DNA from: an uncultured delta proteobacterium
GTDB lineage: Bacteria > Desulfobacterota > Desulfobacteria > Desulfobacterales > Desulfatirhabdiaceae
DNA length: 64,000 nt
Assembly (NCBI GenBank): GCA_963789395.1
Contig: CAWBKP010000022.1
Coordinates: forward strand, 288,001 to 352,000
Direction: 5' to 3'
Under the pieces are notes generated by a model. The model did no database searches and was not told the DNA's origin. It saw only the letters and a program-made list of their open reading frames with translations. A program made the translations under genes and the position numbers. Below, in pieces: positions 19,736 to 29,145 of the stretch (positions are counted from its first letter, which is position 1; each line of letters begins with the position of its first letter).

Positions 19736-20977
19736 ATGAACATCCTGATGATAACCAACGAGTACCCCCCTAACATTTACGGAGGCGCGGGTGTTCACGT
19801 GGACTATCTCTGCCGCGAATACGTGCGATTGGGCTCTGCCCGGCTTCACCTTCAGGTGATGTGTTTCGGCGACCAGAAGGCGTCCGGCGTCAATTTCGAT
19901 GTAACGGGGATTGCCGGGATGCCTGCGCTTTTCCCCCGGGGGGGAGCCAATGAAAAAGTTATCGACGTCCTGGGACGAAATGTCGCCATGACCGGTATGG
20001 CGAAAAATGCCGACATCGTGCACTGTCACACCTGGTACACCTTTCTGGCGGGTTGCCTGGCCAAACAGTTCATGGAAATCCCCCTGGTCATCACCGTCCA
20101 CTCTCTGGAGCCGAAGCGGCCGTGGAAGCGGGAGCAGATCGGAACCGGTTACAATGTCAGCAGCTGGCTGGAGAAAACCGCGATGGAAAACGCCGATGGC
20201 ATCATTGCCGTCTCTGAAGGCATGAAAAACGACATCCTGAGCGTCTATCACCCGGATCCTGAAAAAATCCGGGTGATTTACAACGGTATCGATACAGTGC
20301 AATATCGAAAGACATCGCAGCCCGATATCCTTGCTGCCTACGGGATCGATCCTTCCAGGCCATACGTGCTTTTTGTGGGACGAATCACCCGTCAAAAGGG
20401 GATCATTCACCTGGTCCATGCACTGCCTTACATCGAAGTGGGGGTACAGATCGTTTTGTGCGCCGGCGCACCGGATACCGAAGCGATAGCGCAGGAGATG
20501 AAAACTGAAGTCGAACGCGCCAGAGCCGGCACTCCCAACGACATTATCTGGATTCCCGAGATGGTGCCCGTGGATCGCATTGTCGTGCTTTACAGCCATG
20601 CGGCGCTATTTGTCTGCCCTTCGGTTTACGAGCCGTTCGGCATCATCAACCTGGAAGCCATGGCCTGCGGCACCCCGGTGGTCGCAGCAGCCGTTGGGGG
20701 CATTCCCGAAGTGGTGGTGCATGGAAAAACCGGAATCCTGGTCCCTTTTGAACCGGTCGGCAGCAATGATCCGGAACCCCTCAGGCCGGAGCAGTATGCG
20801 CGCGATCTTGCGGCCGCCATCAATGAGTTGATGCGTGAGCCGGAGCGGCGGCGAACCATGGGGGCCGAAGCCCGCAGGCGGGTTGAGGCGCACTTTGGCT
20901 GGGACGCGATTGCCCTGCAGACGCTGGCTTACTACGAAGAATTGCGCCAGATGCGATTCCCTTATAACGGCTCATGA
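19736..20977 (+). CDS. glgM: GT4 alpha-maltose-1-phosphate synthase (GlgM, actinobacterial GlgA type)
   Basis: EYPPNIYGGAGVHV, HCHTWY, HSLEPKRPWKREQIG, VGRITRQKG, CPSVYEPFGIINLEAMAC. Confidence 0.85.
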   Translation: MNILMITNEYPPNIYGGAGVHVDYLCREYVRLGSARLHLQVMCFGDQKASGVNFDVTGIAGMPALFPRGGANEKVIDVLGRNVAMTGMAKNADIVHCHTWYTFLAGCLAKQFMEIPLVITVHSLEPKRPWKREQIGTGYNVSSWLEKTAMENADGIIAVSEGMKNDILSVYHPDPEKIRVIYNGIDTVQYRKTSQPDILAAYGIDPSRPYVLFVGRITRQKGIIHLVHALPYIEVGVQIVLCAGAPDTEAIAQEMKTEVERARAGTPNDIIWIPEMVPVDRIVVLYSHAALFVCPSVYEPFGIINLEAMACGTPVVAAAVGGIPEVVVHGKTGILVPFEPVGSNDPEPLRPEQYARDLAAAINELMREPERRRTMGAEARRRVEAHFGWDAIALQTLAYYEELRQMRFPYNGS

Positions 20978-21017
20978 ATAGCTAAAAAACTTCACCCCTG
21001 TCAATGAAATGGCAGCT

Positions 21018-21101
21018 TCCCCCTTTATCAAAGGGGGATTGAGGGGGATTTTTGAGTGGACTGTCCGAAATCCCCCCTGGCCCCACTTTCCAAAGGGCGG
21101 A
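21018..21101. repeat. Inverted doublet of a REP-like palindromic repeat
   Basis: TCCCCCTTT-ATC-AAAGGGGGA-TTGAGGGGGATTT (21018-21052) and a diverged inverted copy AAATCCCCCC...CCCCACTTTCCAAAGGGCGGA (21068-21101). Confidence 0.7.
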
Positions 21102-21133
21102 TGTATTTTCATGATAAAATTTAAAGGTGTTTG

Positions 21134-23686
21134 ATGATGAGCAGATCTGATTCAAAGGAAATGCTGGCCACGTATCGTCTTCAGCTGGGCCCGGATTTAA
21201 CCTTCGAGCGGGTATGCGATTTGCTCCCGTACTTTCGCGACCTGGGTATCAGTCAGCTTTACCTTTCGCCATGTCTGAAGTCGGCAGCCGGCAGCACGCA
21301 TGGCTATGATGTGGTGGACCCTTCGGAAGTCAATCCGCAATTGGGGGGAAGGGAAGGATTCGAGCGACTTTGCCGGGCATCGGCTGAGTTTGGCATAGGG
21401 CTGGTGCTGGACATTGTGCCCAATCACATGGCCATTTCGGGCCGGCAGAACCCCTGGTGGTGGGATGTCCTTGCCAACGGCCGGGACAGTCGCCATGCGG
21501 AGGTTTTCGATATTCGCTGGGATCATCCGGATCCGGTATTGGCCGGCAAGGTTCTGCTGCCTGTACTGGGAGATACGCTCGATCGCTGTCTGGAGGCCCG
21601 GCAGATTCGAATCCAGCGCCGCGGAACGGAGATTTGCCTGACGTATTTCGAACATGAATTTCCGATTTCAACCCCTTCTCTGTCTGCTCTGCAGCATGCC
21701 GGCAGCAAGGTTCCGGAGCTGGATGCTTCAATTGCGGCGATCAACGCAGACCCGGTGCGGCTGAAAGAAATTCTGCATCTCCAGCACTATCGGCTTGCTT
21801 TCTGGCGTCTGGCCAATCGGGATCTGAATTACCGCCGGTTTTTCGATATCCATCACTTGGCCGGCGTTTGCGTTGAAAAGGAAGCGGTATTTGCAGCCAC
21901 CCATGAACTGGTTCTGCGCTGGGTAAACAACGGGTGGATTGACGGCCTGCGCATCGATCACCCGGACGGGCTGCGCGACCCTACTTCTTATTTGGCGAGG
22001 CTCCGGGCTGAGGCACCCCGGGTCTGGGTGGTGGTTGAAAAAATTCTCGAGCCAGGGGAAACCCTTTCCTCAGAGTGGCCGGTTGCCGGAACCACCGGCT
22101 ATGATTTCTTAAACCTGACAGGCGGGCTGTTTGTGGATACCCGAAGCGAGAAGCGCCTGACAGACTTCTATGGAGCATTTACGGGCCAGTCAACCGACTA
22201 CGAAGAAGTGCTGCATGATAAAAAGCGCCTGGTTCTGGAGCTGCTCTTCGGCAGCGAGTTGTCCCATCTGGAAAGTCTTTTGACGGGTATCCGGAGTCGC
22301 CACCCCGTGGCCATTGAATTTCCTCCGGAGGACGTCCGGCGTGCTCTGACGGAAGCCATCGCGTGTTTTCCGGTTTACCGGACCTATATTCAACCCGACA
22401 CCGGCAACGTCGGCCCCAGGGATCTGGCGGTTGTCCGGGAGGCTTTTTCAGCTGCGCTGCGACGGCAGCCAGACATTGATCCGGATGCGTGGCGGCTTAT
22501 CGAGGATATTCTGCTGTTGAAGCACGCCGGAAAACAGGAAAGTGAATTTGTTTTGCGGTTTCAGCAGCTGACCGGGCCGGTCATGGCCAAGGGCGCTGAG
22601 GACACTGCCTTTTATTGCTTCAACCGTCTGATCTGCCTGAATGAAGTCGGGGGGAATCCCGGGGAATTCGGCACCCTGCCGGATGCCTTTCATGGGTTCT
22701 GCCTTCGAATTCAGTCCAAGTGGCCCAGGACCATGCTGGCCAGCGCCACTCACGACACCAAGCGCGGTGAGGACACGCGGCTGAGGATTGCCTTGCTGTC
22801 CGAAATTCCGGAGCGCTGGATCGATGCGGTCCGACGCTGGTCCCGGATGAATGCGTGCTTTCGCCGCAGCGGCTTTCCCGATCCCAATACGGAGTATTTT
22901 CTGTACCAGACCCTTGCGGGGGCCTGGCCTGTCGGGTGCGACCGTCTGGGGTCCACCCTGCTGAAGGCAGCCAGAGAGGCCAAAATGCATACTTCGTGGA
23001 CGGATCCCGACCCGGTTTTCGAGAAAGCCCTCCAGGCGTTTGCCGGGGATGTTCTGGCGCATGCGGACTTTACGGACGACCTGTCGTCTTTCCTCGAACC
23101 GCTGGCCTGGCCCGCCATGGTCGCCTCCCTGTCCCAGACGCTGATCAAGTGCACGGCCCCGGGGGTGCCGGATATATATCAGGGGGCCGAGCTTTGGGAC
23201 CGCAATCTGGTGGATCCGGACAACCGCCGGCCTGTGGATTTCGAAGAGCGATGCCGGCTGCTGGCCGAGATCGGGACGCTTTCGGTAGAAGAGATCCTGA
23301 AACGGAACGCCCAGGGGCTGCCGAAGCTTTTTCTGCTGCAGCGGGTCCTCTCCGCTCGCAGGCGTTGCGCCGTGGCCTTCGGACCCAAGGGGGACTACCG
23401 GCCGCTGACCGCAACAGGGGAACGGTCCGGCCATCTGGTGGCGTTCATGCGCGGTGGAAGGGTGGTGACATTGGCCCCGAGGCTGGCTATCGGTTTGAAC
23501 GGTGATTGGAAAGACACGGTCATTAAGCTTCCGGAAGGGACCTGGAAGAACGTATTCACTGACGAACGATTTGAAGGCGGAACCCGGGAACTGTCGCAGC
23601 TGTTTGCGCGATTTCCGGCGATACTGCTCGAACGGGAGGAATGCGATGATCCAAAAGATACCGCTAAAAGATGGGCTGCATCTTGA
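21134..23686 (+). CDS. treY: Malto-oligosyltrehalose synthase
   Basis: ATYRLQL, GSTHGYDVVD, DIVPNHM, NYRRFFDI, GLRIDHPDGL, VVEKIL, GPVMAKGAEDTAFY, THDTKRGED, LVDPDNRRPVD. Confidence 0.95.
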   Translation: MMSRSDSKEMLATYRLQLGPDLTFERVCDLLPYFRDLGISQLYLSPCLKSAAGSTHGYDVVDPSEVNPQLGGREGFERLCRASAEFGIGLVLDIVPNHMAISGRQNPWWWDVLANGRDSRHAEVFDIRWDHPDPVLAGKVLLPVLGDTLDRCLEARQIRIQRRGTEICLTYFEHEFPISTPSLSALQHAGSKVPELDASIAAINADPVRLKEILHLQHYRLAFWRLANRDLNYRRFFDIHHLAGVCVEKEAVFAATHELVLRWVNNGWIDGLRIDHPDGLRDPTSYLARLRAEAPRVWVVVEKILEPGETLSSEWPVAGTTGYDFLNLTGGLFVDTRSEKRLTDFYGAFTGQSTDYEEVLHDKKRLVLELLFGSELSHLESLLTGIRSRHPVAIEFPPEDVRRALTEAIACFPVYRTYIQPDTGNVGPRDLAVVREAFSAALRRQPDIDPDAWRLIEDILLLKHAGKQESEFVLRFQQLTGPVMAKGAEDTAFYCFNRLICLNEVGGNPGEFGTLPDAFHGFCLRIQSKWPRTMLASATHDTKRGEDTRLRIALLSEIPERWIDAVRRWSRMNACFRRSGFPDPNTEYFLYQTLAGAWPVGCDRLGSTLLKAAREAKMHTSWTDPDPVFEKALQAFAGDVLAHADFTDDLSSFLEPLAWPAMVASLSQTLIKCTAPGVPDIYQGAELWDRNLVDPDNRRPVDFEERCRLLAEIGTLSVEEILKRNAQGLPKLFLLQRVLSARRRCAVAFGPKGDYRPLTATGERSGHLVAFMRGGRVVTLAPRLAIGLNGDWKDTVIKLPEGTWKNVFTDERFEGGTRELSQLFARFPAILLEREECDDPKDTAKRWAAS

Positions 23687-25145
23687 GGATTACTCCGGAC
23701 TGGCATACCTGTCCGCTGCTGTTCAGGATTTGCGTATGTCCGCACGGGTGCTGGCGTCCGCGCTGAAGGGGCGAACTGTCTGGATGGTCAATTCCACGGC
23801 CCGGGGTGGCGGGGTGGCGGAGATGATGCCGTGCCTGGTCGGGATGCTGCGGGACGTGGGCGTTAAAACCGAATGGCTGGTAATGGGCTCAAAAGACCCG
23901 GCCTTTTTCGAGCTGACCAAGCGCATCCACAACCTGATCCACGATTTCGGCAGCCCCGGTTTCAGCGAACGGGACAAATCGATTTATCGGCAAGCCAGTC
24001 TTGCGGCTGCCGACTCACTGGCAAAACTTGTCGATCCCGAGGACATCCTGCTCATCCACGATCCCCAGCCGCTGGGAGCCGGTGCCGAACTCAAACGCCG
24101 CATCGGTATCCGCGCCATCTGGCGATGCCATATCGGGTTGGACCGGCGGACAGCAGCCACCGAAGCTGCCTGGAATTTTCTGCTGCCGTATGCCCGGTCC
24201 TATGATCATGCGGTGTTTTCTGCGGTGGAATACATTCCCGCCTTCCTGGTTGGAAAGGCGTCCGTGATCCACCCTGCCATCGATCCCCTCAGCCACAAGA
24301 ACCGGGAACTCTCCGCCCACAAGCTGGTCGGGATATTGTGCAATGCCGGCCTGATGAAAAGTCCCCATCCGGTGCTCACACCCGACTGGGACCACCAGGC
24401 GCTCCGGCTGCATCCGGACGGCCGCTTTCTGCCCGCTTATGAAAATGGCGGTGTTGGCCTCATGTTCCGTCCGATCATTGCTCAGGTTTCCCGGTGGGAC
24501 CATCTTAAGGGATGGATGCCCCTGCTGGAGGGATTCCTGCGGCTCAAAGAGCGATATCGCGGCAAAAAAGGCAACGGCGTATCCGGCCGCCATCGGCACC
24601 GGATCGAGATCGCACGACTGGTGCTGGCAGGACCCGACCCTGCCGCCATTCAGGATGACCCGGAAGGAAAGGCGGTACTGGAATCGCTGTGCCAGACATT
24701 TTGCCGGATCAAGCCCGAGGAGCAGGAAAGCGTTGCCCTGCTCTCCCTGCCGATGGCATCCGCCAAACAGAATCATCTCCTGGTCAACGTGATCCAGCGC
24801 TGCGCCACAGTGGTGGTTCAGAACTCGCTGCAGGAAGGGTTCGGCCTGACTGCCACCGAGGCCATGTGGAAGCGGGTGCCGGTGCTGGGCTCGTCGGCCT
24901 GCGGCCTTCGCCTGCAGATCCGGGACAGGATCGACGGCCGCCTGACCGGCAATCCCCAGGATCCCGGTGAAATTGCCGAAACGCTCGATGAAATGCTGTC
25001 CAGCCCGGTGCAACGCGAGCTTTACGGACGCAGTGCCCAGCGAAGGGTGTACGACCGCTTTCTCGTGTTCACCCAGGTTGAATACTGGCTGAGGCGGCTT
25101 GCGGAAGCGGCGGCAACGCCCCGGTCACCCGCAGCGCCTGAATGA
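23646..25145 (+). CDS. treT: GT4 trehalose glycosyltransferring synthase (TreT-like)
   Basis: VNSTARGGGVAEM, TKRIHNLIH, IHDPQP, WRCHI, IDPLSHKN, QVSRWDHLKG, QNSLQEGFGLTATEAMWK; overlaps the treY end. Confidence 0.82.
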   Translation: MIQKIPLKDGLHLEDYSGLAYLSAAVQDLRMSARVLASALKGRTVWMVNSTARGGGVAEMMPCLVGMLRDVGVKTEWLVMGSKDPAFFELTKRIHNLIHDFGSPGFSERDKSIYRQASLAAADSLAKLVDPEDILLIHDPQPLGAGAELKRRIGIRAIWRCHIGLDRRTAATEAAWNFLLPYARSYDHAVFSAVEYIPAFLVGKASVIHPAIDPLSHKNRELSAHKLVGILCNAGLMKSPHPVLTPDWDHQALRLHPDGRFLPAYENGGVGLMFRPIIAQVSRWDHLKGWMPLLEGFLRLKERYRGKKGNGVSGRHRHRIEIARLVLAGPDPAAIQDDPEGKAVLESLCQTFCRIKPEEQESVALLSLPMASAKQNHLLVNVIQRCATVVVQNSLQEGFGLTATEAMWKRVPVLGSSACGLRLQIRDRIDGRLTGNPQDPGEIAETLDEMLSSPVQRELYGRSAQRRVYDRFLVFTQVEYWLRRLAEAAATPRSPAAPE

Positions 25146-25170
25146 TGCCGCCCCGAAGACGCTGAAAAAT

Positions 25171-26667
25171 TCAGGTGCGGCCAAAAGTGGATGTCATGTC
25201 GCGCAGGCGTTTTACCGGCAAGGCATCCAACTGCTTTGCCGTCATGCGCCATCCCCAGTTGCCGTTGGCGATTCCCGGCGTGTTCATGCGGGCGCCGGCA
25301 TTCAGCCCGAGCACATCCTGGACCGGGATGACGGACCAGCGGGCTGGTGACAGCATGGCAAGGCGGATCAGCTCCCAGGAGATGTCCCGTGCCGTGAGCG
25401 CCCGGCCTGAAATGATAGATAGCCGCTTTTTATCGCTGTGTGATGCCTCTTTTTCGAACCAGCCCCTTGCCGTGTTGTTGTCGTGGGTGCCGGTGTAGAC
25501 CACGCAGTGCTCGGGAATGTTCTGGACTGCGTTGGGGTTGAGGGCCGGGTTGCCGGAAAAACCGAACAGCAGTACCCGCATTCCCGGAAACCCGAAACGC
25601 CGCATGGTTTCACGGACATCGGCGGTGATGTGCCCCAGGTCTTCTGCGACCACCGGCAGCGAAACGAAACGGCGCCGGAGTTCGGAAAAAAAATCTTCGG
25701 ACGGCGCCTCCACCCACCGGCCGGTTCTGGCGGTAATTTCTCCTGCAGGAACTTCCCAGTACGCCACCAGCCCCCGGAAGTGATCGATGCGAACGGCGTC
25801 AAAGACCGCCATCTGGTGTGCCATACGTCGGATCCACCAATCGTAGCGCGTCTTCCGGAGGGCTTCCCAGTTGTAAACGGGGTGTCCCCAGAGCTGGCCG
25901 TCGGCGCTGAAGTAGTCCGGCGGCACCCCGGATACGCTTATGGGCCGGTGAAATCGGTCCAGCTTGAAGAGCTGCCGATGGGCCCAGACATCCGCGCTGT
26001 GGAACGGAACGTAGATGGGGATGTCGCCGAAGAGGTGGATGCCTTTTTCCCGGCAATAGCTCAGAAGGGCCAGCCATTGACGGTAAAACAGGTACTGTTC
26101 GATCTTCAGTGTTTCAATCGGCGCTTGAAGCGTTTTCCGAAGACGCGTGATTTCATCCGGTCTTCGGCCGCGGATTTTCTGCGGCCACCGGCTCCAGGAA
26201 ACGTCTGCATGAAGCTCGGAAAGCGCGGCGAACAAGGCATAGTCATCTATCCAGAAAGCATTCTCCGTGCAAAACCGCTCATAGCCGCTGTCGGGCAGGC
26301 ACTGCCGGAATCGCCGGCAGGCTTTTTCCAGCAGGCGGCGCTTGAATATCGCAACCGTCCCGTAGTCGATCCGGCCATCCGGCAGGCTGTCAGGCGGATG
26401 CAGATCCGAGCTGTCAAGCAGACCTTCTGCTGCTATCGCCTCCGGGCTGATCAGCAGCGGGTTGTATGCAAAACTTGATACACTGTGGTACGGCGAATGG
26501 CCGAAAGCAGACTCGGTCGGATTCAGGGGCAGGATCTGCCAGATCCGCTGTCCGGATGCGTGCAGAAAATCTGCAAACCGGAATGCGCCGGGACCGATAT
26601 CTCCGATGCCGAAACAGGACGGCAGGCTGAAAATGGGCAGGAGCAAGCCGCTGGCACGTGAATGCAT
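25171..26667 (-). CDS. malQ: 4-alpha-glucanotransferase (amylomaltase, GH77)
   Basis: WQILPLNP, GDIPIYV, GVPPDYFS.DGQLWG, RIDHFRG, AEDLG, YTGTHDN, RMNTPG. Confidence 0.96.
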   Translation of the reverse strand: MHSRASGLLLPIFSLPSCFGIGDIGPGAFRFADFLHASGQRIWQILPLNPTESAFGHSPYHSVSSFAYNPLLISPEAIAAEGLLDSSDLHPPDSLPDGRIDYGTVAIFKRRLLEKACRRFRQCLPDSGYERFCTENAFWIDDYALFAALSELHADVSWSRWPQKIRGRRPDEITRLRKTLQAPIETLKIEQYLFYRQWLALLSYCREKGIHLFGDIPIYVPFHSADVWAHRQLFKLDRFHRPISVSGVPPDYFSADGQLWGHPVYNWEALRKTRYDWWIRRMAHQMAVFDAVRIDHFRGLVAYWEVPAGEITARTGRWVEAPSEDFFSELRRRFVSLPVVAEDLGHITADVRETMRRFGFPGMRVLLFGFSGNPALNPNAVQNIPEHCVVYTGTHDNNTARGWFEKEASHSDKKRLSIISGRALTARDISWELIRLAMLSPARWSVIPVQDVLGLNAGARMNTPGIANGNWGWRMTAKQLDALPVKRLRDMTSTFGRT

Positions 26668-26679
26668 GGCGTATCCTTT

Positions 26680-29109
26680 CTATTGCGTCCTCATGCCGAT
26701 TTTGGCACCCAGTGCCTGGAACAGTTCGACCCATGCTTCTGCGTTTTTTCCCTGACGACGAGCCTTCTTTTTTATCTCTGGGTAAATTTGTTTCAGGACT
26801 TGGTAATAGATGTTTTGAACCGTGCGCAGATTGATTTCGAAAGGAAAATCCGGCAGCAGACCGGCAATGGTGTCCAGTTGCCTCAGGGCCTCCATTTCAG
26901 TCGGTCGCTGCAGAAAATCCTGGGCGGTCTGCTCAAAACGCCTGCGAATGGCCATTTCTATAAAAGCCGGGTCCAGCGTCACGCCGTGCATGGCGGCGGC
27001 GTCCAGCAACTGCCGGATAGGGTTCAGATCAAAGACGGGATTTTCGAAGGCCCGACGGATTGCGGCGTTGAGCAGGTATTCGGCTGCAGCAGCCAAAGCG
27101 CGGGGTGCCGGAACATTGAGGTCTTTTAGAAAAAGCAGCAGGGGGGCATTTGTCTCGTAAATGAGACGGTAAGCGGCTTCGGAATTGGATAAATTGGACT
27201 CCAGAACAATCTGCAGGATCCGCCGCTGTTCGTCCCGGAACAGGTGCCGCAGCGAATAGGTCGAGTTCCCGATGGTTTTCTCCAGAAGGAGGAGCACCGT
27301 TGGAAACTCGGCCCGCCGGAAAACCTCAAAAACTTCGTTGACAAAAACCTCGGAGGGCGCTGCTGCATCCAGACAGGGGCTGATGCAGCAGCTGATGTTG
27401 TGGTCGCCCCAGTGGATGGCGCCGAAACACAGGCAAGACGTCTCTTGCGTGATGGTGGAGGTGATGTGCATGCATCCCATTGCCAGCTTGGCTCTGCCGA
27501 CTGCAAGGGATCTGAAAAAGGTTTGCTCGATTGTATAGCAGTTCACCAATGCCTGCTGCGGGTATTCCTCGAAAAGCGAGCGCATGGCGTAATGGGCGCC
27601 GACGGTGTTCAGGTCCACCATGGACGGCTTGACGAATTTCTCGTAGACGCTGCGGCCGTTCTGATGGCTCCGGATATTGCTCGGGGCTTTTTCCAGCAAC
27701 TGCATGAAGCGATACTCGAGCCCGTTTCCGATGGCTTCTTTGAACAACTGGAGGGCGCGGCCGGCGAACTGGATCACCTGGACCGTTTCGAGTCCGGAGA
27801 TATCGTCAAAAAACCATCCGCAGCTGGTATACATCAGCATGGCATGACGTTGCAGTTCCAGCAGCTTGGTTGCAAGGATCTTTTGTTCAGATGTCAATGT
27901 CCGGGGAATCCGTTCCGCCAGGAAGGCATCCACCGTGGAAGGCTTCCGATCCAGGATCACCCGGATGTAATCGTTCCGGGTTTCCCAGGGATCGAATCCA
28001 AGGGCCGTCATTTTCTCTTCGTATGCCGGAGCCAGTGAATCGCGGAGCCAGTCGAGCGCCTGCCGCAGCGGGGCCCGCCATGCCTGGTGCCAACCGGGGT
28101 GCCCGCCGGAGCTGCATCCGCAATTGTTCCGCCACCGCTCCACCCCATGCTCGCAACTCCAGGAGGTGTTTTCGAAAAATTCAACTTCCCATTGGGGCGG
28201 GTTCAGCTCCAGATACTCACCGTAAACGGTGAGCCTGGCAAGCTTTCGGGAATCAATCGCATGCAGCGCAGCCGCAAGTGCCATGTTGCCTTTGTGATGA
28301 TGGTGTCCGTAGCTTTCGCCGTCGGTGGCGATATTTACCAGCTGGGGTTCCTGGCGAGCATCGTCAAACCCGTCCATGAGGCGGTGGGCGAAGCGTTCGC
28401 CGTTGGAGAGCAGGCCCTCGAAGGCGACGGCACGCGAAATCGGATCGTCGTAGAAGAACAAGGCAATGGATTTTCCCGATGCCAGCCTGGCCAGGTAGGG
28501 GCGGGACGGGTCGATCTTGCCGCCGCTGACTTCCCGCCACTCGCCGCCGTTCAGATGCCGGATCTGCCTGGCCTGTCGGGGCGACAAAATGGTGAAGCCG
28601 ATTCCGTGCTCTGCCAGAATTTCCAGGGTTTCCAGATCAACGGCGGTTTCCGGCAGCCACATGCCCTCGGGTTGGCGCTGAAACCGGTGCTCGAAATCAC
28701 GGATGCCCCACAGGATCTGGGTTTCCTTGTCCCGGCGGCTGGCAAGCGGCATGATCATGTGGTTGTAAGCCTGAGCGATGGCGGCTCCGTGGCCTGAAAA
28801 CCGCTGCCGGCTCTCCCTGTCTGCATCGAGGATGGCACCATAAACCGCCGGGGCCTGTCGTTCCAGCCAGGCAAGCAGGGTCGGCCCGAAGTTGAAGCTG
28901 ATCCTTGCGTAGTTGTTGGTGATCTCTTGGATGAGACCCTGCTCGTCCAGCAGGCGGGATGTGGCCATGGGGGAGTAACATTCGGCTGTGACACGCTCGT
29001 TCCAGTCGTGGTAGGGATAGGCGGAGTCCTGAAGCTCTACCGCCTCCAGCCACGCATTTTCGCGTGGGGGCTGGTAGAAATGTCCGTGAATACAAATATA
29101 CTTCTCCAT
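26680..29109 (-). CDS. GH57-family glycoside hydrolase with DUF3536 C-terminus
   Basis: IHGHFYQPPRENAW, SFNFGPTLL, GMWLPETAV, ATDGESYGHH, SWSCEHGVERW, MYTSCGWFFDD. Confidence 0.9.
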   Translation of the reverse strand: MEKYICIHGHFYQPPRENAWLEAVELQDSAYPYHDWNERVTAECYSPMATSRLLDEQGLIQEITNNYARISFNFGPTLLAWLERQAPAVYGAILDADRESRQRFSGHGAAIAQAYNHMIMPLASRRDKETQILWGIRDFEHRFQRQPEGMWLPETAVDLETLEILAEHGIGFTILSPRQARQIRHLNGGEWREVSGGKIDPSRPYLARLASGKSIALFFYDDPISRAVAFEGLLSNGERFAHRLMDGFDDARQEPQLVNIATDGESYGHHHHKGNMALAAALHAIDSRKLARLTVYGEYLELNPPQWEVEFFENTSWSCEHGVERWRNNCGCSSGGHPGWHQAWRAPLRQALDWLRDSLAPAYEEKMTALGFDPWETRNDYIRVILDRKPSTVDAFLAERIPRTLTSEQKILATKLLELQRHAMLMYTSCGWFFDDISGLETVQVIQFAGRALQLFKEAIGNGLEYRFMQLLEKAPSNIRSHQNGRSVYEKFVKPSMVDLNTVGAHYAMRSLFEEYPQQALVNCYTIEQTFFRSLAVGRAKLAMGCMHITSTITQETSCLCFGAIHWGDHNISCCISPCLDAAAPSEVFVNEVFEVFRRAEFPTVLLLLEKTIGNSTYSLRHLFRDEQRRILQIVLESNLSNSEAAYRLIYETNAPLLLFLKDLNVPAPRALAAAAEYLLNAAIRRAFENPVFDLNPIRQLLDAAAMHGVTLDPAFIEMAIRRRFEQTAQDFLQRPTEMEALRQLDTIAGLLPDFPFEINLRTVQNIYYQVLKQIYPEIKKKARRQGKNAEAWVELFQALGAKIGMRTQ

Positions 29110-29145
29110 TAAATTACCTCAATAAAACCCGATGAATTCTTTCAA

